Source of the DNA: Aplysia californica
Lineage: Eukaryota
Reading direction: 5' to 3'
DNA: 63,179 bases
NCBI RefSeq assembly: GCF_000002075.1
Contig: NW_004797304.1
Coordinates: 975,328-1,038,506, forward strand
Every line of letters begins with the position of its first letter. The first letter of the stretch is position 1. The notes below the pieces were generated by a model. That model was not told the origin of the DNA, searched no databases, and saw only the letters and a list, made by a program, of their open reading frames with translations. This document shows, in pieces, positions 34,701-46,854 of the stretch. The translations under genes and the position numbers were made by a program.

Positions 34701-36799
34701 AACCCTCGGTTTTCGTAATAACTTTTTAATGAAGGCATAAAATTTGACCAAATTTAGTACATACAGGGTACTTGGTTCATGCAAAAAATCTAGAAGTGTA
34801 AGAGGTTTAGTCTATAAAAAACAAACAAATTGACGACAGATTTTCGAAACAACCTCTAAATACATAATAAGCTTATGCTCCAATCAAATCAGATCCTGTT
34901 CTATTTTTCTCTTGAAACCTTCGATACAATGGTAATCTGTATTTAGATCTATTTCAGATTTTTTCTGTTTTAAAACCGGGATGGTATTGTTTTAACACTA
35001 CGTCTAAGTCAAATCGTAAAATACAGCAAATTTTTTCCCCCCATTTATAATTTATAAACAATAGTAATACATGTACTAATGTACATCTAGATCATTTCTA
35101 TAGCACCCACTTCCATGTGAACGCTGCTTAAGGCGTTTTACATAATGGGATGTTTACGTACACGGTACGCGGACACCTAGCCTCAGTGTCTACGTACACG
35201 GTAAATGGCAACCGGGAACGTAGTCTCAGTGTCACGTACACGGTAACCGGGCAGTTAAGAATTCCAAGTTCATTTTTTGTCTTCCGGTGTTGCCTTCAAC
35301 TCCAGCCCTCCCCCGACTGTACATAAAAAATAAAATCAATAATTCCCCCATTCCGGAGCCGTATACTTCGTAGCGCACAGACTTTGAATGAACTTTGGTG
35401 ACCCCAACCGGTACTCACAATGTAATGCGAAAGCACAGGTTCACTGACTGGTAACGATGGCGAGCCCGACAAGACGCGTGTATAACTTTCTTTTTTTATT
35501 TCAACAAGTGACAGCACAGGACAAATATTAGTTAATTTTCATTCCGGTGGGTTACCGTGTATGTAGACACATTCATCATGTACGAACAATATTCACGCGC
35601 GCGCACACACACTCACGTACACCTCACACACGCACACACCTACTTTCTTATCACACGCGCACGCTTACACACATTAGATAAAGGCCTAGCCCAGAGAAGG
35701 CCACCTTCTCGGCCTAGCCTATGTCTCAGTTCGTGTTGTACATGATGCATTCCGGCCTGAATTTCCGGTTATAGCTTTTAGAGTACGCTCAGTAGGCTTG
35801 AGCTGGGCCGATACCATGATTTACGAAGGCCTCGGCTCTGTACTCGCACCATTTCGTATTAAAAATTCTGTTAAAATTAAAGCCTTGATATATTTTTGCC
35901 TAAAATTGCAAGAAATTGCGAGAATTGCAAAAAATTGCGGGTTTATTGCGGAACTTGACGAAAAACGCGCAAGACCGCAATTTCCTGGAGGGTCAGGAAA
36001 TGGTACCGATTAACGTCATGTCATGTTCTATACTGGAATGGTGTCATTTGTTTATCTGTATTGAAGTGTTTGTACCCAGCTTAAGAAAGCAAAAGTCTAT
36101 AAGAATGAGATCCTGTAAATTGAAGTAGTTTGTCCTTGTTTCAAGTTGATTTTTTTCTCTTGTTTTTTCCAGAGGAGTTCCTTACAAAAAGATGGACATA
36201 TCCCATTGAACTCCATGGCATTGGGAAATATGGCAATGATTCATATCGGATCTTCTGCGTCAATGAATGGAAGCAGGTGAGGCCAATTTTTTCAAATCTA
36301 AAATGTCAGACATTTGTTCATCTTTTGCAATTATTGTTTCTTTTACTGTTGGAGTATTTTTTACTTCCCCTCTATCTTTCTAGTTCCATGTTCTACAGCT
36401 GTGCGCAAGAAAATTTTAAAGAATCTACTGAGACTAGAGACCATTTTATATACAGCAGCTGTGTTTTATCGTCGATTACATTTCTTTCTCAATCATGGAC
36501 AATGTTCAAGGGGTATTGCAGTATTTCACTGGTTCATAATCTAATGTTTGCTGTTCCCTTTTGAAAAATTAAGTATACTTCTTTCCTGGTGTAGAGGAAA
36601 TTCGCTGAACGGTTTTTGATACTTGATAAAGTTGTGGTTTTTAACATTGTTCCTTTTTGCATGATCTATGTCGAAATGGAGGGAAATCTCAAACATATTG
36701 TCCAAACTTTTACCTCTGCAGGTGGAGCCGACAGACCACAAGCTCAATGACTACCACCAGTGGCTCTCAGCCAACCAGAAGCAGCTGGGATTAAGCTGA
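22536..36799 (+). CDS. MBD4: Methyl-CpG-binding domain protein 4 / MeCP2-like (MBD + AT-hook-like motifs + HhH G:T/G:U glycosylase), ~904 aa
   Basis: join(22536..22752,23369..23630,25962..26216,27829..29297,32074..32253,33739..33888,36173..36276,36722..36799) = 2715 nt, GT-AG, phase-consistent. [45 protein letters not shown]. Glycosylase [33 protein letters not shown]...[37 protein letters not shown]. Confidence 0.92.
23369..23630 (+). CDS. MBD4: MBD4 coding exon 2
   Basis: TTTTATTAG acceptor, GT|GTAAGG donor; phase fits both neighbours. Confidence 0.8.
23841..24906. mobile_element. Non-autonomous TIR element (P/hAT-like)
   Basis: TIR CAGACCTGCCACTC / GAGTGGCAGGTCTG; 7-bp TSD AACAGTG; multiple subterminal TCCCGATTT motifs. 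Confidence 0.8.
24928..25532 (+). mobile_element. Family A retroelement interrupted by a family B copy (~25207-25388)
   Basis: The A sequence breaks at AGACTTTGTGC and resumes at AGACTGTGC after a complete B copy; both end in the shared tail. Confidence 0.8.
25962..26216 (+). CDS. MBD4: MBD4 coding exon 3 (KRGRKPK motif and N-half of MBD)
   Basis: [27 protein letters not shown]; AG|GTCTGT donor. Confidence 0.92.
26712..27762 (+). repeat. Intronic repeat homologous to ~20750-22420
   Basis: 27200-27540 matches 20755-21050 plus 21923-21970; 27525-27760 matches 22264-22420. Confidence 0.7.
27829..29297 (+). CDS. MBD4: MBD4 coding exon 4 (C-half of MBD, MeCP2-like motifs, long linker)
   Basis: [16 protein letters not shown] completes the MBD; G|GTAAGG donor at 29298 in phase with the next exon. 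Confidence 0.88.
29455..31672 (+). mobile_element. pogo/Tigger-like MITE carrying a nested TIR element
   Basis: TA-CAGTCAAACCTG ... CAGATTTGACTG termini; repeated CAGGTGGCCG motifs. Confidence 0.7.
30083..31513. mobile_element. Non-autonomous TIR element (P/hAT-like) nested in the MITE
   Basis: TIR CATGGGTCTCAA / TTGAGACCCATG flanked by a GGCAG direct repeat. Confidence 0.65.
32074..32253 (+). CDS. MBD4: MBD4 coding exon 5 (start of glycosylase domain)
   Basis: SKYF...[34 protein letters not shown]; G|GTCAGT donor. Confidence 0.95.
33511..33630 (+). repeat. Family D interspersed repeat (head GGGTGGTTGGAGGGTGCCACTGG, related to family B head)
   Basis: Reverse copies near 44190-44298, 46130-46225, 46380-46490 and 60700-60775. 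Confidence 0.55.
33739..33888 (+). CDS. MBD4: MBD4 coding exon 6
   Basis: [19 protein letters not shown]...[19 protein letters not shown]; not recovered in frame by the ORF track. Confidence 0.93.
34389..35996. mobile_element. Non-autonomous TIR element with 6-bp flanking direct repeat
   Basis: Imperfect TIR CTGGCCCCGCGGAAAATTGC / GCAATTTCCTGGAGGGTCAG; GAAATG on both sides; AATTGC(A/G) subterminal arrays. Confidence 0.65.
36173..36276 (+). CDS. MBD4: MBD4 coding exon 7 (HhH motif, catalytic Asp)
   Basis: [34 protein letters not shown]; CAG|GTGAGG donor. Confidence 0.95.
36722..36799 (+). CDS. MBD4: MBD4 last coding exon
   Basis: [25 protein letters not shown], resembling the vertebrate MBD4 C-terminus. 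Confidence 0.92.
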   Translation: MEPTDHKLNDYHQWLSANQKQLGLS

Positions 36800-38932
36800 A
36801 CTTGAGGTCTGCGAATTCTGAGAGAGCCTTGCGGCTGGTTGTAGGAGCTGAAGATGTTCCAAGTACCGAAGCTTGAAATGAGACAGATTTATTTGGCTGT
36901 TTTGTCCAATGACATGGGTCAACAAGTGTAGACAAAGAAGTAAAAGTAAAGTGTAGTCCCCCCCCTCCCCCCATTGTTTGAAATGTTTGAACTGCTTGAC
37001 CTTGTCCACAACATTCATTCCATGATCACCATGAGGGTCAGGGCTATATCTCTTGGGAGCAGGAAACAGTGGGCTGTAATTCCCTACCCTAGAATTACAA
37101 AGTTCTATCTGCTCTCAGTACCTAGTTTTGAGAAATTTTATATAAAAAATTTTGACTTGCACAACATGTCAAGCTTTTTTTAATGCAGTTCTTTGAATAA
37201 CTTGATAACGACTCTGAAAAATCTTACGATTTTGGTGGAGCAGATAGAACATTTGATTTCCAACCTCATTGTCTTAGTAACTCAAAACAGCTGAAAATTT
37301 CGGATAGACCTTGGTAATTCTTAGTAAAAAGATGGTAATTGTTGTAATGCGCGAAGACATGGGAGGAGGGGTATACTTTGCTTTTACCAATACAGAGATG
37401 TTACACTGAGCTGGCATCACCTTTTCCAAGGATGGATGGCTGTTCACTACTTCCCTGTTACACCTCTCTCTTTTCTAATGGAGGTATCCTGGATCTCATT
37501 AAGCGGTTTTGAAAGTGACAAAAGGAACGAGCTACATTAAACAGTCTCTGCTTTTACTGAATAGTATGATAGTATGATGCCCAGTGGTGGAGAACCAAAG
37601 AAAATGTTGGAGAGTCAACAATTGACAGTTAGTTGGTGGGAGGGGGGGGGGTGTAGAGTTCACTGAGACCTTGAGATCTAAATGCTCCTTTACTTTGCTT
37701 CTTGTACAAGTTTGCACATCTGTATAGCTTCAAGGATGAATTGCTATAGATTTAATAAGCAAGTTATTAGCTTTGTAATGATAGGGAATAATGTTGATTA
37801 GGTTCTGTCCAATCTCCTTTTGTTGTCCTCCCCATAAGGTTAAGACTGAGGGGCACTGAAGGGTTCAATATTTCTGAGACATTTCATTTACTTTATAGGT
37901 TATGTAAACTTTGTGTATGGGACTCAAATAAATTATTATGAGTTTTGAGATGATTCAGTTTATGGTATATAAAGTTTTTGTGACCTTTCCAATTGTGTTT
38001 ATGCTGGCATAATGCTCTGAAAAATGTACTTCCTTTTACTATGTTTTCTAGTAGCACTAGCTGAAAATTAATTTTTTCAGTTTGGTGTAATAATCTGTTT
38101 TCATCCCTGGGAAAGGCAGGTTAATCAGTTTTGCCTGCGAGCAGGATCAGGCAGAGAGTGGGCGAAAAAGAGAACTCTCTAGTTTTGTTAAGTAATCTGA
38201 AGGTGAAGGTGCTTTTATTTTGTGGGATGTTTATGGTGTCATCACACTGCTTTCCCCACCCTGTTCTATGCATGTACTTTTAAGAAGAAAACTTAATTTT
38301 TTTATAGATTTGTACAGAAAGTTAATGTCCAAAATGTCTTTGGAATTTTTTTTCAATGTGTTTAGGATCAAGGTTATCATTCACAAACAAGAGGCGTAAA
38401 AAAAGAAAGGTTTTGTTATTTATTGTTTTTCTTGTTTGTTACAAAAAGGTACCATTGCAGTCATTAAACAAGCTTTTCTTTGATCATAGTGTTTAGTTGG
38501 TTATGCCGGAGGTCGTTTGAAAAAAGGTTCGAGTCTCAATCATTGTACTGATTTCTGTTATGGTATTAATTGTTTATTCACCCAGTGTTGTTTTTTTAAC
38601 CGTTTTGTATGAAAAGGAAGGAGGTTGTATCTAAGCTTGGTTATATTTTTATTGATACATATTTCTTACCCACCTTCAACCACATTTGATTAAACTTTAG
38701 GTTATATGATTATTACTCATCTTACAAGACAGTTTATTCTGAGCGTATAAGGGAACCTGTGAGTCTGGATTGAGAGACACGAGAGTTGTTGATGATGTTG
38801 GGAGGAGGGGAATTTTTAAGAAAAGTGAAATTAAAAAATTATCTCTGCAGCAAAATGTGGTTTGTTTGCTATTTCTGTTTGCTTTTGTTCCCCAAGTAGT
38901 CTTTTTGGGATTTAAATACTTCCTTGTCGGTA

Positions 38933-39736
38933 CAGTCCACGCCGGCTTTAAGCACAGTTATCGGAAGAAAGCTGAAGCGTGCTTAATGCCGAAGCGTGCT
39001 TGAGTGTGAAGTAGATATAATCCAGAGATTTTCATGTAGAAAATTTCCTGTGCTATTTCCCTTTGTAAGTAGGCCTATTGTGGTCCTACAAAAGTGTGCT
39101 GTTATTTACACCGCCCATGGTAGTTTTCATTTGTTTGTTTGTTTTGTTTTGTGGTCAAATTGGGAAATGAAAACTTAATTGAGACGGTCAGTCATGATAC
39201 AGCACACAAGGCCTACACACTGCCTGTGCGTACCACTGCCCGCTGTGCACATTCATACCACCGCCTTCATCCCCCCAAAACACGGTCTTTGATCCCACCT
39301 CGCGCGTGAAACTGAATCAGGATTATTGGATAGCGAGAGGCGATAAGGTGAAATCGCCGCCTGCCTCCTTTTCTCATCTCCTCGACACTCTTTGTATTTT
39401 TTTTTGTCTGTGTGTAGCTTTGCCCTAGGCGAGATCCTATGTCCATGCGTGCGGCTGTGTGCATCTCTCTGCCTTCCTCTTTGCACATGTGTGTGTCCAT
39501 CACTTGCGCTGTTTTTGTTTCTCTTAACACACTCACTACTGAGGTGTAGACTGTGTTCGAACTTCGATGGGTCATCATGAAAGTATTGACTGTCTTGTAA
39601 ATGAAGCATGCCTGAAGCCGAAGTTACCGTGCTTAAAGGCGTGTAATTTATATAGCAAAAATTCGGTAAGAGCCGTTTAGCGTGCTTCAGTCCGAAACGT
39701 GCTTTATGCGGGCGTGCTTAAAGCCGTCGTGGACTG
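38933..39736. mobile_element. pogo/Tigger-like MITE
   Basis: TA TSD; TIR CAGTCCACG(C/A)CGGCTTTAAGCAC; repeated CGTGCTT motifs. Confidence 0.85.
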
Positions 39737-39806
39737 TATTGTTAAATCTGCTACTGTTACATTTGTAGTTTGACTAAAAAAAATACATTGATGGATAAAG
39801 GGAGAT

Positions 39807-39975
39807 GTGTGGGTGGTTGGTGAGTGCTCTGGTGTGGTATGTTCCTTCTTTCCTATTGAACATCTATCATCCTTGTCTCTCCTTTTTCTTTTTTGTGTTT
39901 GTTACTCTTTTGTAACACCTCTAATCTTTGGCACGTATATGACCTTACTGTTTTGCAAATGCCATAAAACTTACT
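39807..39975 (+). mobile_element. Family B copy directly upstream of a tRNA-SINE
   Basis: GTGTGGGTGGTTGGTGAGTGCTCTGGTGTGG...GTAACACCTCTAATCTTTGGCACGTATATGACCTTA. Confidence 0.75.
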
Positions 39976-40500
39976 GGGGCTCTCGTACCCTAGAGGTAAA
40001 GGTGTTGGCCTCTCTTTCAAAGGTCTCGGGTTCAAATCCGGGTAGCGACTGAAAAATTTACTGCTCTAAAATTGTCTCCTTTCACCTACCTCCTTTCGTG
40101 ATCTCTAGCATTGTTCTGTCGTCTCCTCTTTCTGCCCCCACCCCCTCACCTCCTTTGCCCCCTCCCCTGGGCTCCTGACTCTTTTTGCAGCCTTTCTACT
40201 GCTACTCCTTGGCTTCTTCTTACTGCTGTCTTTCATCCACACTCCTGATCTTCTAGTAAGAAAGATCTACACCTAGCCTTCTCGAACAAGGGCGAAAAAT
40301 CTCGGAGGGCCCGTGTACAAGTTGCGCACGTTAAAGATCCCTTGGTGGTCTGAAATTGATAAGAGTAGGTTTTGGCCGCCACCCAGGCAAAATTCAAAAT
40401 TTCCTACCAACTGAAAAAGTATAATGCGTCCCATGCGCTCATATGACCTTATGCAGTTGTGAGCGCCGTAAAACACTTACCTAAAAAACTCTTACTAAAA
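39976..40500 (+). mobile_element. tRNA-derived SINE with Deu/Nin-like central domain and the shared LINE tail
   Basis: tRNA-like head with B box GGTTCAAATCC (40029-40039); pyrimidine-rich body; GAGGGCCCGTGTAC...GCACGTTAAAGATCCC...AAGAGTAGG block (~40300-40400); tail GCGCTCATATGACCTTATGCAGTTGTGAGCGCCGTAAAAC. Part of the body recurs at 63091-63179. Confidence 0.75.
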
Positions 40501-43500
40501 GTGAGATTTTTGTAATACGAAAAGATTGTAGCTATACATTACACCCCCGCTGACACAACTTAGATTATTTATGAGGTAGACTGCTTTGACTCTACTTGTC
40601 AGAGCCAGCATGGGCAGCATAGACCATTACATCCCAGCACATGTGCAGAGATGATCAATAAAAAAATAAATAACTTCCACACACGCGAATGGAACTCGTG
40701 TCTTCCTTGTGCAAGTCAAAGAGTCTTACTCTAACCACTGCACTAGACACTGGTTGCAACAGAATTGCAATAGAACAAAAAATATATATCGTCACACTCA
40801 TAAGAGACATTTTTAGAAAACGAGAAAATGCGAAATGTTGGAATTTTGATACACTCAACTGATTTTATATGTGGATTATTCTTTTGTCAAAGTGAACTAT
40901 ACAGACTATATTACCAAGCTGGCTCTGCTCTTCATTTCAGAGCCAAAAACTCCAAACCTGCCAAAAAATGACTAAGGCAGTTACATTATGAGTGTGACGT
41001 TATAGAGAACTAAATAGAATTTTATCATCCACTAGTTCAGGCTCAGAAACAGGCGAACAGCAGACAAAAGGAAAGGGATTAGAATTTGAGCCCACTCAAA
41101 TCAACTGCAAACCAATTCCCTGAACTTAAAAAAAGAAGCAAGACTTCAATGTTATCTGTCTCAACAGTTTTAATATGTCTTAATAGAAGGATGGTTAAAA
41201 AATAGTACAGATTAAAACAAGACTTGACCAGAAGTTCATTGCACAATAATGGCATAGCAATAATAGCATGAATCAGCAAATCAAAAGGGGCAAAACTAAT
41301 AATTGCGTAGACACATATGATGTGCAGCAAGTCCGAATGAAGCTTTAGTAACCTTTTATTGAAACTTTCAAACAGCATTTAATAAGTCATGTAGAAAGTC
41401 TTCAATTTCACAAAACAAGAATCTTTTGACCAGAGTACAGGGTAGTGATTTCAGATGTGTCAGGATGATGATCATAAATCTGCCTCGAATGTCATATTTT
41501 GACTGGGATTTGACTATAACCTCATAAATGAGCTACGTACACCTCATTTTGACTGGCCGCAAACAATTATAATATAAAAGACCCATCATACAACTGAAAG
41601 GAATGAGGAACAAGTATTTTCATGTGAGCAAAAACTGGAAAATGGAACGGAACAATAACTCCTCCAGCATTCTGTGCTCCTAAAATGACAGCACAGGCAG
41701 AAGAGGCTGCTCAATCTCATACGTAGAACACATGATAAAAGCATTGCACTACGAATATTAACGACAACAAAAACAATAGTCATGGTGTAAATGTAAATAT
41801 ATATATGGTATATATGTATTATGTATTATACAAGAGGAATATCCTGAAAATAAATAACCTCCGGAGCCCTTTTAAAAACTTGAGACAGCATTAAGAGACT
41901 CTCCTATGTCTGAGTAAGTGTAGATAGAAAATTTAGACAATTTATTTGACATTTATTTGTCATTTGATTGGAAAACCTATTCGGTCAAATCATCTTTAAC
42001 AGTTTCAATTTAATTTACGTACAGTGACTTTTTTCTATTCTAGTTTGGAATCGATTTCTTAATAGTCTACAAATATAATATACATCATGTACAAACATTG
42101 AACCATAAGAACAGAAACTTATAAAGTTGTTTTTTTCCCAATAAGCAACAAAACATGATTTTATTTGACACTAGTTTTTCTATTTAATTGGCAGAAAAGG
42201 GATGTTCCTTCTCTGGATTTCCCACAAGAAGTCGTTGCCAAACCTATATCACTATATCTATTAGAATAAATTTATATGAGATCCCTGCATATCACTGAGT
42301 AGTATGAGAAGTGGCAACAATGTAATTTCATCAAAGTCGAGAAGTATAACAGCTGGTTGCGACTTAATTCAGCACTGAGAACCAATTCAAAACAACTGAT
42401 TTTGACTATAACCTCATAGATGACATCAAAGGAAGCAATTTTGTACATGTATAAAACACAATGTGCACACTTCCCTTCACGTGAGAGATTTGGCTGTACA
42501 TCACAAATTTTCCAACTATGGCCCTTCCTTGAAACAAATTTTTTTCTATTAGCTCAGCAATTCTTTTCCTTCCATAATTTGAAAAGGTCAGCCCTACCAC
42601 AACAACATCTACGAGGCCACCTCACCTTGGCATGGTATAATCTATTTCTTGTACTTACAGCCAACTTTACAAGCTATATATTAAGAGTCTGACTTTGAAC
42701 ATGCAACACCATTAACATGCATGCACACATCACAGTACAACAAAACTAACACAACAACCACCACATCATTACAAACATTTATCGAGACCACACAACAAAG
42801 AATGTACAGCTCCTCACGACTAATTGACTATGAGGTTTCTATCTAACCTTCAATATTATATTATAATCTCTGAGTAATTTAAGGTTTAGACCTAAGTCTG
42901 CGTTGTGTAAGTCATAAATAAAAGTCAATGACACAAGCAGATTTGTTCCTGTCTCATAATAACTGCATTGCATAAAATGGATTGGGCTACACTTTCAGCA
43001 GACAGAGGTGGACCAATACATAGGCATCGCAAAGGACATATGAGGCAAGGTAAGTTCTCAAATACTTAGATTTTACATTGTCCAAGAAGGTCCGAACTCA
43101 GACATTTCCATTAAAAAGCTGAGAATCCCGACCGCCACAAATTGTCTCAACAACCTACTATTCACAGCTACATAATGAATGTTTAATCACGCACTTGTAA
43201 ATCACATTACATGTATTTTTAAAATCCATACGAGGCTAGCTTTCATTCACATTCTCACATGTCTTGCATTCAAATCCAACATGTATCGTAATTGGCCCAA
43301 GAAAAAGGAGTAACTCCAAATTTTTCAGTCACCCTGTAAAGCAGAGACACGGTTAGACATTTTTTTAAAAACGGCAACGGTATGTTATTTGCATTAATTC
43401 ATTGGCACAACAGACAATGTCGCACATTCTAATCCAAAGCAATATAAACAATCTCATCATTACAATGAGACTGCTATCTCCATACATGTGATATATAAAT

Positions 43501-45617
43501 GGAGGTCTTGATGTGTCTATGACGATAATACTTGCACTTCATTCACTGGCACCGCAGATAATTTTATAATCTTACAACTATACTTGAAGAACGAACCTTC
43601 TACCTTCAATCTTTGGCTGAACAAATCCTTGAAATTTAATAATACAGACCAGTGTGGACAAAAGCCCCATGTGCATATTAATAAATGTTTACTGTCACAA
43701 AGAAAATGCTAAACCTGTTCGACACTGCTTAACACTATTAACAGAAGGAAAATAAAAACTTGGAGGTTTTCATTTTTCTTGCAATATTATCAAAGTGCAT
43801 TGATTTACTTAGAACTTATCGCATGGATTTTGAGCTCGATTGCACTACATCAGTCCGAGATAAAAAGAAAGTTCCATTGTTGTGTATACTACTATATTAC
43901 TATTACTACCTCTAAAGACATCAGTCTTAGGTCGACATGGAATGTCATCAAGTAAAGCATATAGAACAAAAACAAAACATGGATTCTTCAAGCAATGCCC
44001 AAATCCAGAAACAAAGTTTGTTCTTTCACTACTTGATGGAATGTCCACATCATAGTTATGACAAATAATAGGAATGAATTGAAAAATTTGAAACACAAGT
44101 CTTGAGGAAAAATTTTAGTCAGCGAATTATAAACGCATAGTAACCAGTTGTTTAGTCCTAGGGGAAAAAAACACATTGGCATTGACACAATAATAATGGT
44201 CATTCACTGCAGGAGAAAAAGCAAGATTGACAGATAAAATGGGGAAATTGTAAAGAAGTAGAATGTACAAGTAGTGAGTGCCCTCCAACAACCCACGAGG
44301 TTCAGTTGTGTCAGAGGCATCAAACAGGTGAACTACTTTAATTTGGGAGTGAGACACCAGGTGAGGAACAAGAACATCATCTACAAATTTACAACCCACC
44401 TAAATCATACTTTTTCAGTCAGAATGGTTCAGTTTTTCCTGTTATTAATATTATTACACAAAATCCATCACATCTATAATTTCATAAATCCATTATCCAC
44501 ATCATATTTTTACCCAGTTTCCCAGGAAAGCCACTGACTAGCAATGAAGGCATCTAACCCTCCCCTCAACCACTTTACAAATCACAAATTGTCTAACAAG
44601 AAACTAGGGCCTACAGGACAACCAGATGGTAACCCTGATCTGATCAGCAGTCAGTCACTGCCATCAGCACTTACATCATCTCCATCTGCAGACAAGTTAA
44701 CTCATCATATGATAATAAAAATTAGCACAGTCAGGCAAGGATGACTCAAACATATTGGGCATCGACAAATTATGTGTTTGACACTTCCATAATTCTGGTT
44801 ACTCGACAATGAAAAATTAGAGATCTAAGTCGGGGAATGCCAGTTTGTACGAGCTATCTGTGATTTCAAGTTTCCTGTGTTCGTATAGCCTGTACTCAAC
44901 TGATTTGTAAAGCACATATCCTCGCTCGACAGAAACTTCTTTGCCCTATGCGATCTATATCATTACCCCAACAGACCCTAGAATACTCAGAAACATTTTC
45001 GGTGATCTCAACTTCATGGGGAGCATACAGTGCAAGCACCCCATCAACCACTCAAACACTAACAGACTGAAAAGATCTACAGTGTATTCCAACAATGAAC
45101 TAGTCCAATCAAATGATTACATGCTTCAGGTTAAGTCTTAATTTGTATCATTTTTCAGATTACTGTGCAAAAAAATGCTGACCGTACGTTAGTCATCTAA
45201 TGAAAAGATTCTGTTACATTTAAGTAAACATCCTGAGTAAGGAATGTCAAAGCCAGATAAAATACATCTTTCTCAAACTATTTTCTTAGAGGCTTCAAAG
45301 AGCCCTTGCTGACAGGCTCAAACATCTTTTGGATAAAATCCATTTTATATGTAGATCTAGGGCATGCCCCTCCTTTTCCCTTCTCATGCGTTGATGCACA
45401 TAAATAATATCAGTACAGAATCACTCATATGCTATCTAACAGACTTACCCTCAGACATAATCATTGACCCCTAAATTACAAAGAAGACATTCTATGAGCA
45501 GTCAGTCACATCGTTGAGGTGTGGGGGGTGTTTGGGGGAGGGGGGGGGTACTCTCTTCCTTTTTTCTCTTTGGTACCTTCCTGATTGCTATCAGTGCCAT
45601 TATTTTCCGAACAGTCT

Positions 45618-45717
45618 NNNNNNNNNNNNNNNNNNNNNNNNNNNNNNNNNNNNNNNNNNNNNNNNNNNNNNNNNNNNNNNNNNNNNNNNNNNNNNNNNNN
45701 NNNNNNNNNNNNNNNNN
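45618..45717. other. Assembly gap (100 N)
   Basis: N run. Confidence 1.
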
Positions 45718-46668
45718 GGAGGGGGGGGGGGAATGATTTGTTTGACATTACCACCACATTGGATGACAGACAAAATTTCGATCAAGATAAAAACTTAAAA
45801 AGTTGTTAAGGCACAATGACAAGGGAACACAAAAGAAAGAAATACAATATTTATCCAACGTAGGAACAAAAACTTTTTTAAAAAACCCAAATATATCAGT
45901 CACAGTGACAGCATTATATGCACATACAAAGAAAAATGGAAGCATTTTGAGACAGCTTGGTTTTGTGGAAACATTTTTATATTTCATAACGTTACAGCTG
46001 AACGTGTATATATAGTCTCGAGCTTACTCACTGAAGTGGCTGGAATTTCCAATTGAAATGAAGAGCCCTTGTGCCACATGGGTCTGATAATATTTGAATA
46101 AATAGAAGCACATCAATTCAACCATTCAGCGCATGGAAAAGGCAAGATAGACAGACAGAAATAACAAAGGGAAAGAAAAAAAGTATGACCTGCCAGTGGT
46201 GCCCTCCAACCATCACCAAGTCTCATAATGACAAAATAATTAGTCAAAAAGGAATAGCATAATTCTCCAAGGAAACAAAACTTGTCAATGACATTCATAC
46301 AAAAACACTGAGACTATACAGAGGGGTGGACTGAATCAAAACATATTTTGAGTGAGTGTGAGTGAAAAGAAGCACATCAACACAATAATGGTCACCTAGT
46401 GCAGGGAAAAAGAAAGGCAGACAGAACCAAATTGAGAGAAAGAAAAGAAGAAGAACCTTCCAGCAGCTCCCTCCAATCGCCCACTCATTTTTAGAAAAGT
46501 CATCTTAATTAAGTAAACTGACCAACAAAGTTGAACAAGCCACACACTACCACATACATCCTCCCTGGAGAGGTCTCCATTATTAATTCTGAACAAATTA
46601 TACTTTTTTTTTCATCACCTTACCTAGGGCTTTTTATTCTGAGATCTTTAACATGTTTTTTGTTTAAG

Positions 46669-46832
46669 GAAGTGTTTTACAGCACTTGCAACACTATGAC
46701 GTCATATATATAAGTGTCAAAGATTAGATGTGTTACAAGCAAGCAACCAATAAAAAAAAAGGAGAAGGGATCAGGACGACAGTTGTTTGATAGGAAAGAA
46801 GGAGCAAACCACACCAGATCACCCGCCTCCAA
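46669..46832 (-). mobile_element. Diverged family B copy
   Basis: Colinear with 9042-9219. Confidence 0.7.
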
Positions 46833-46854
46833 CATGTGTCAGTTGAAGACTTAA

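Noticed and set aside
39976-40050. tRNA gene
   Set aside because: The cloverleaf is imperfect, there is no terminator, and it continues into SINE body and tail
45506-45809. ORFs spanning N runs (also 53949-54426)
   Set aside because: Artefacts of translating through gaps
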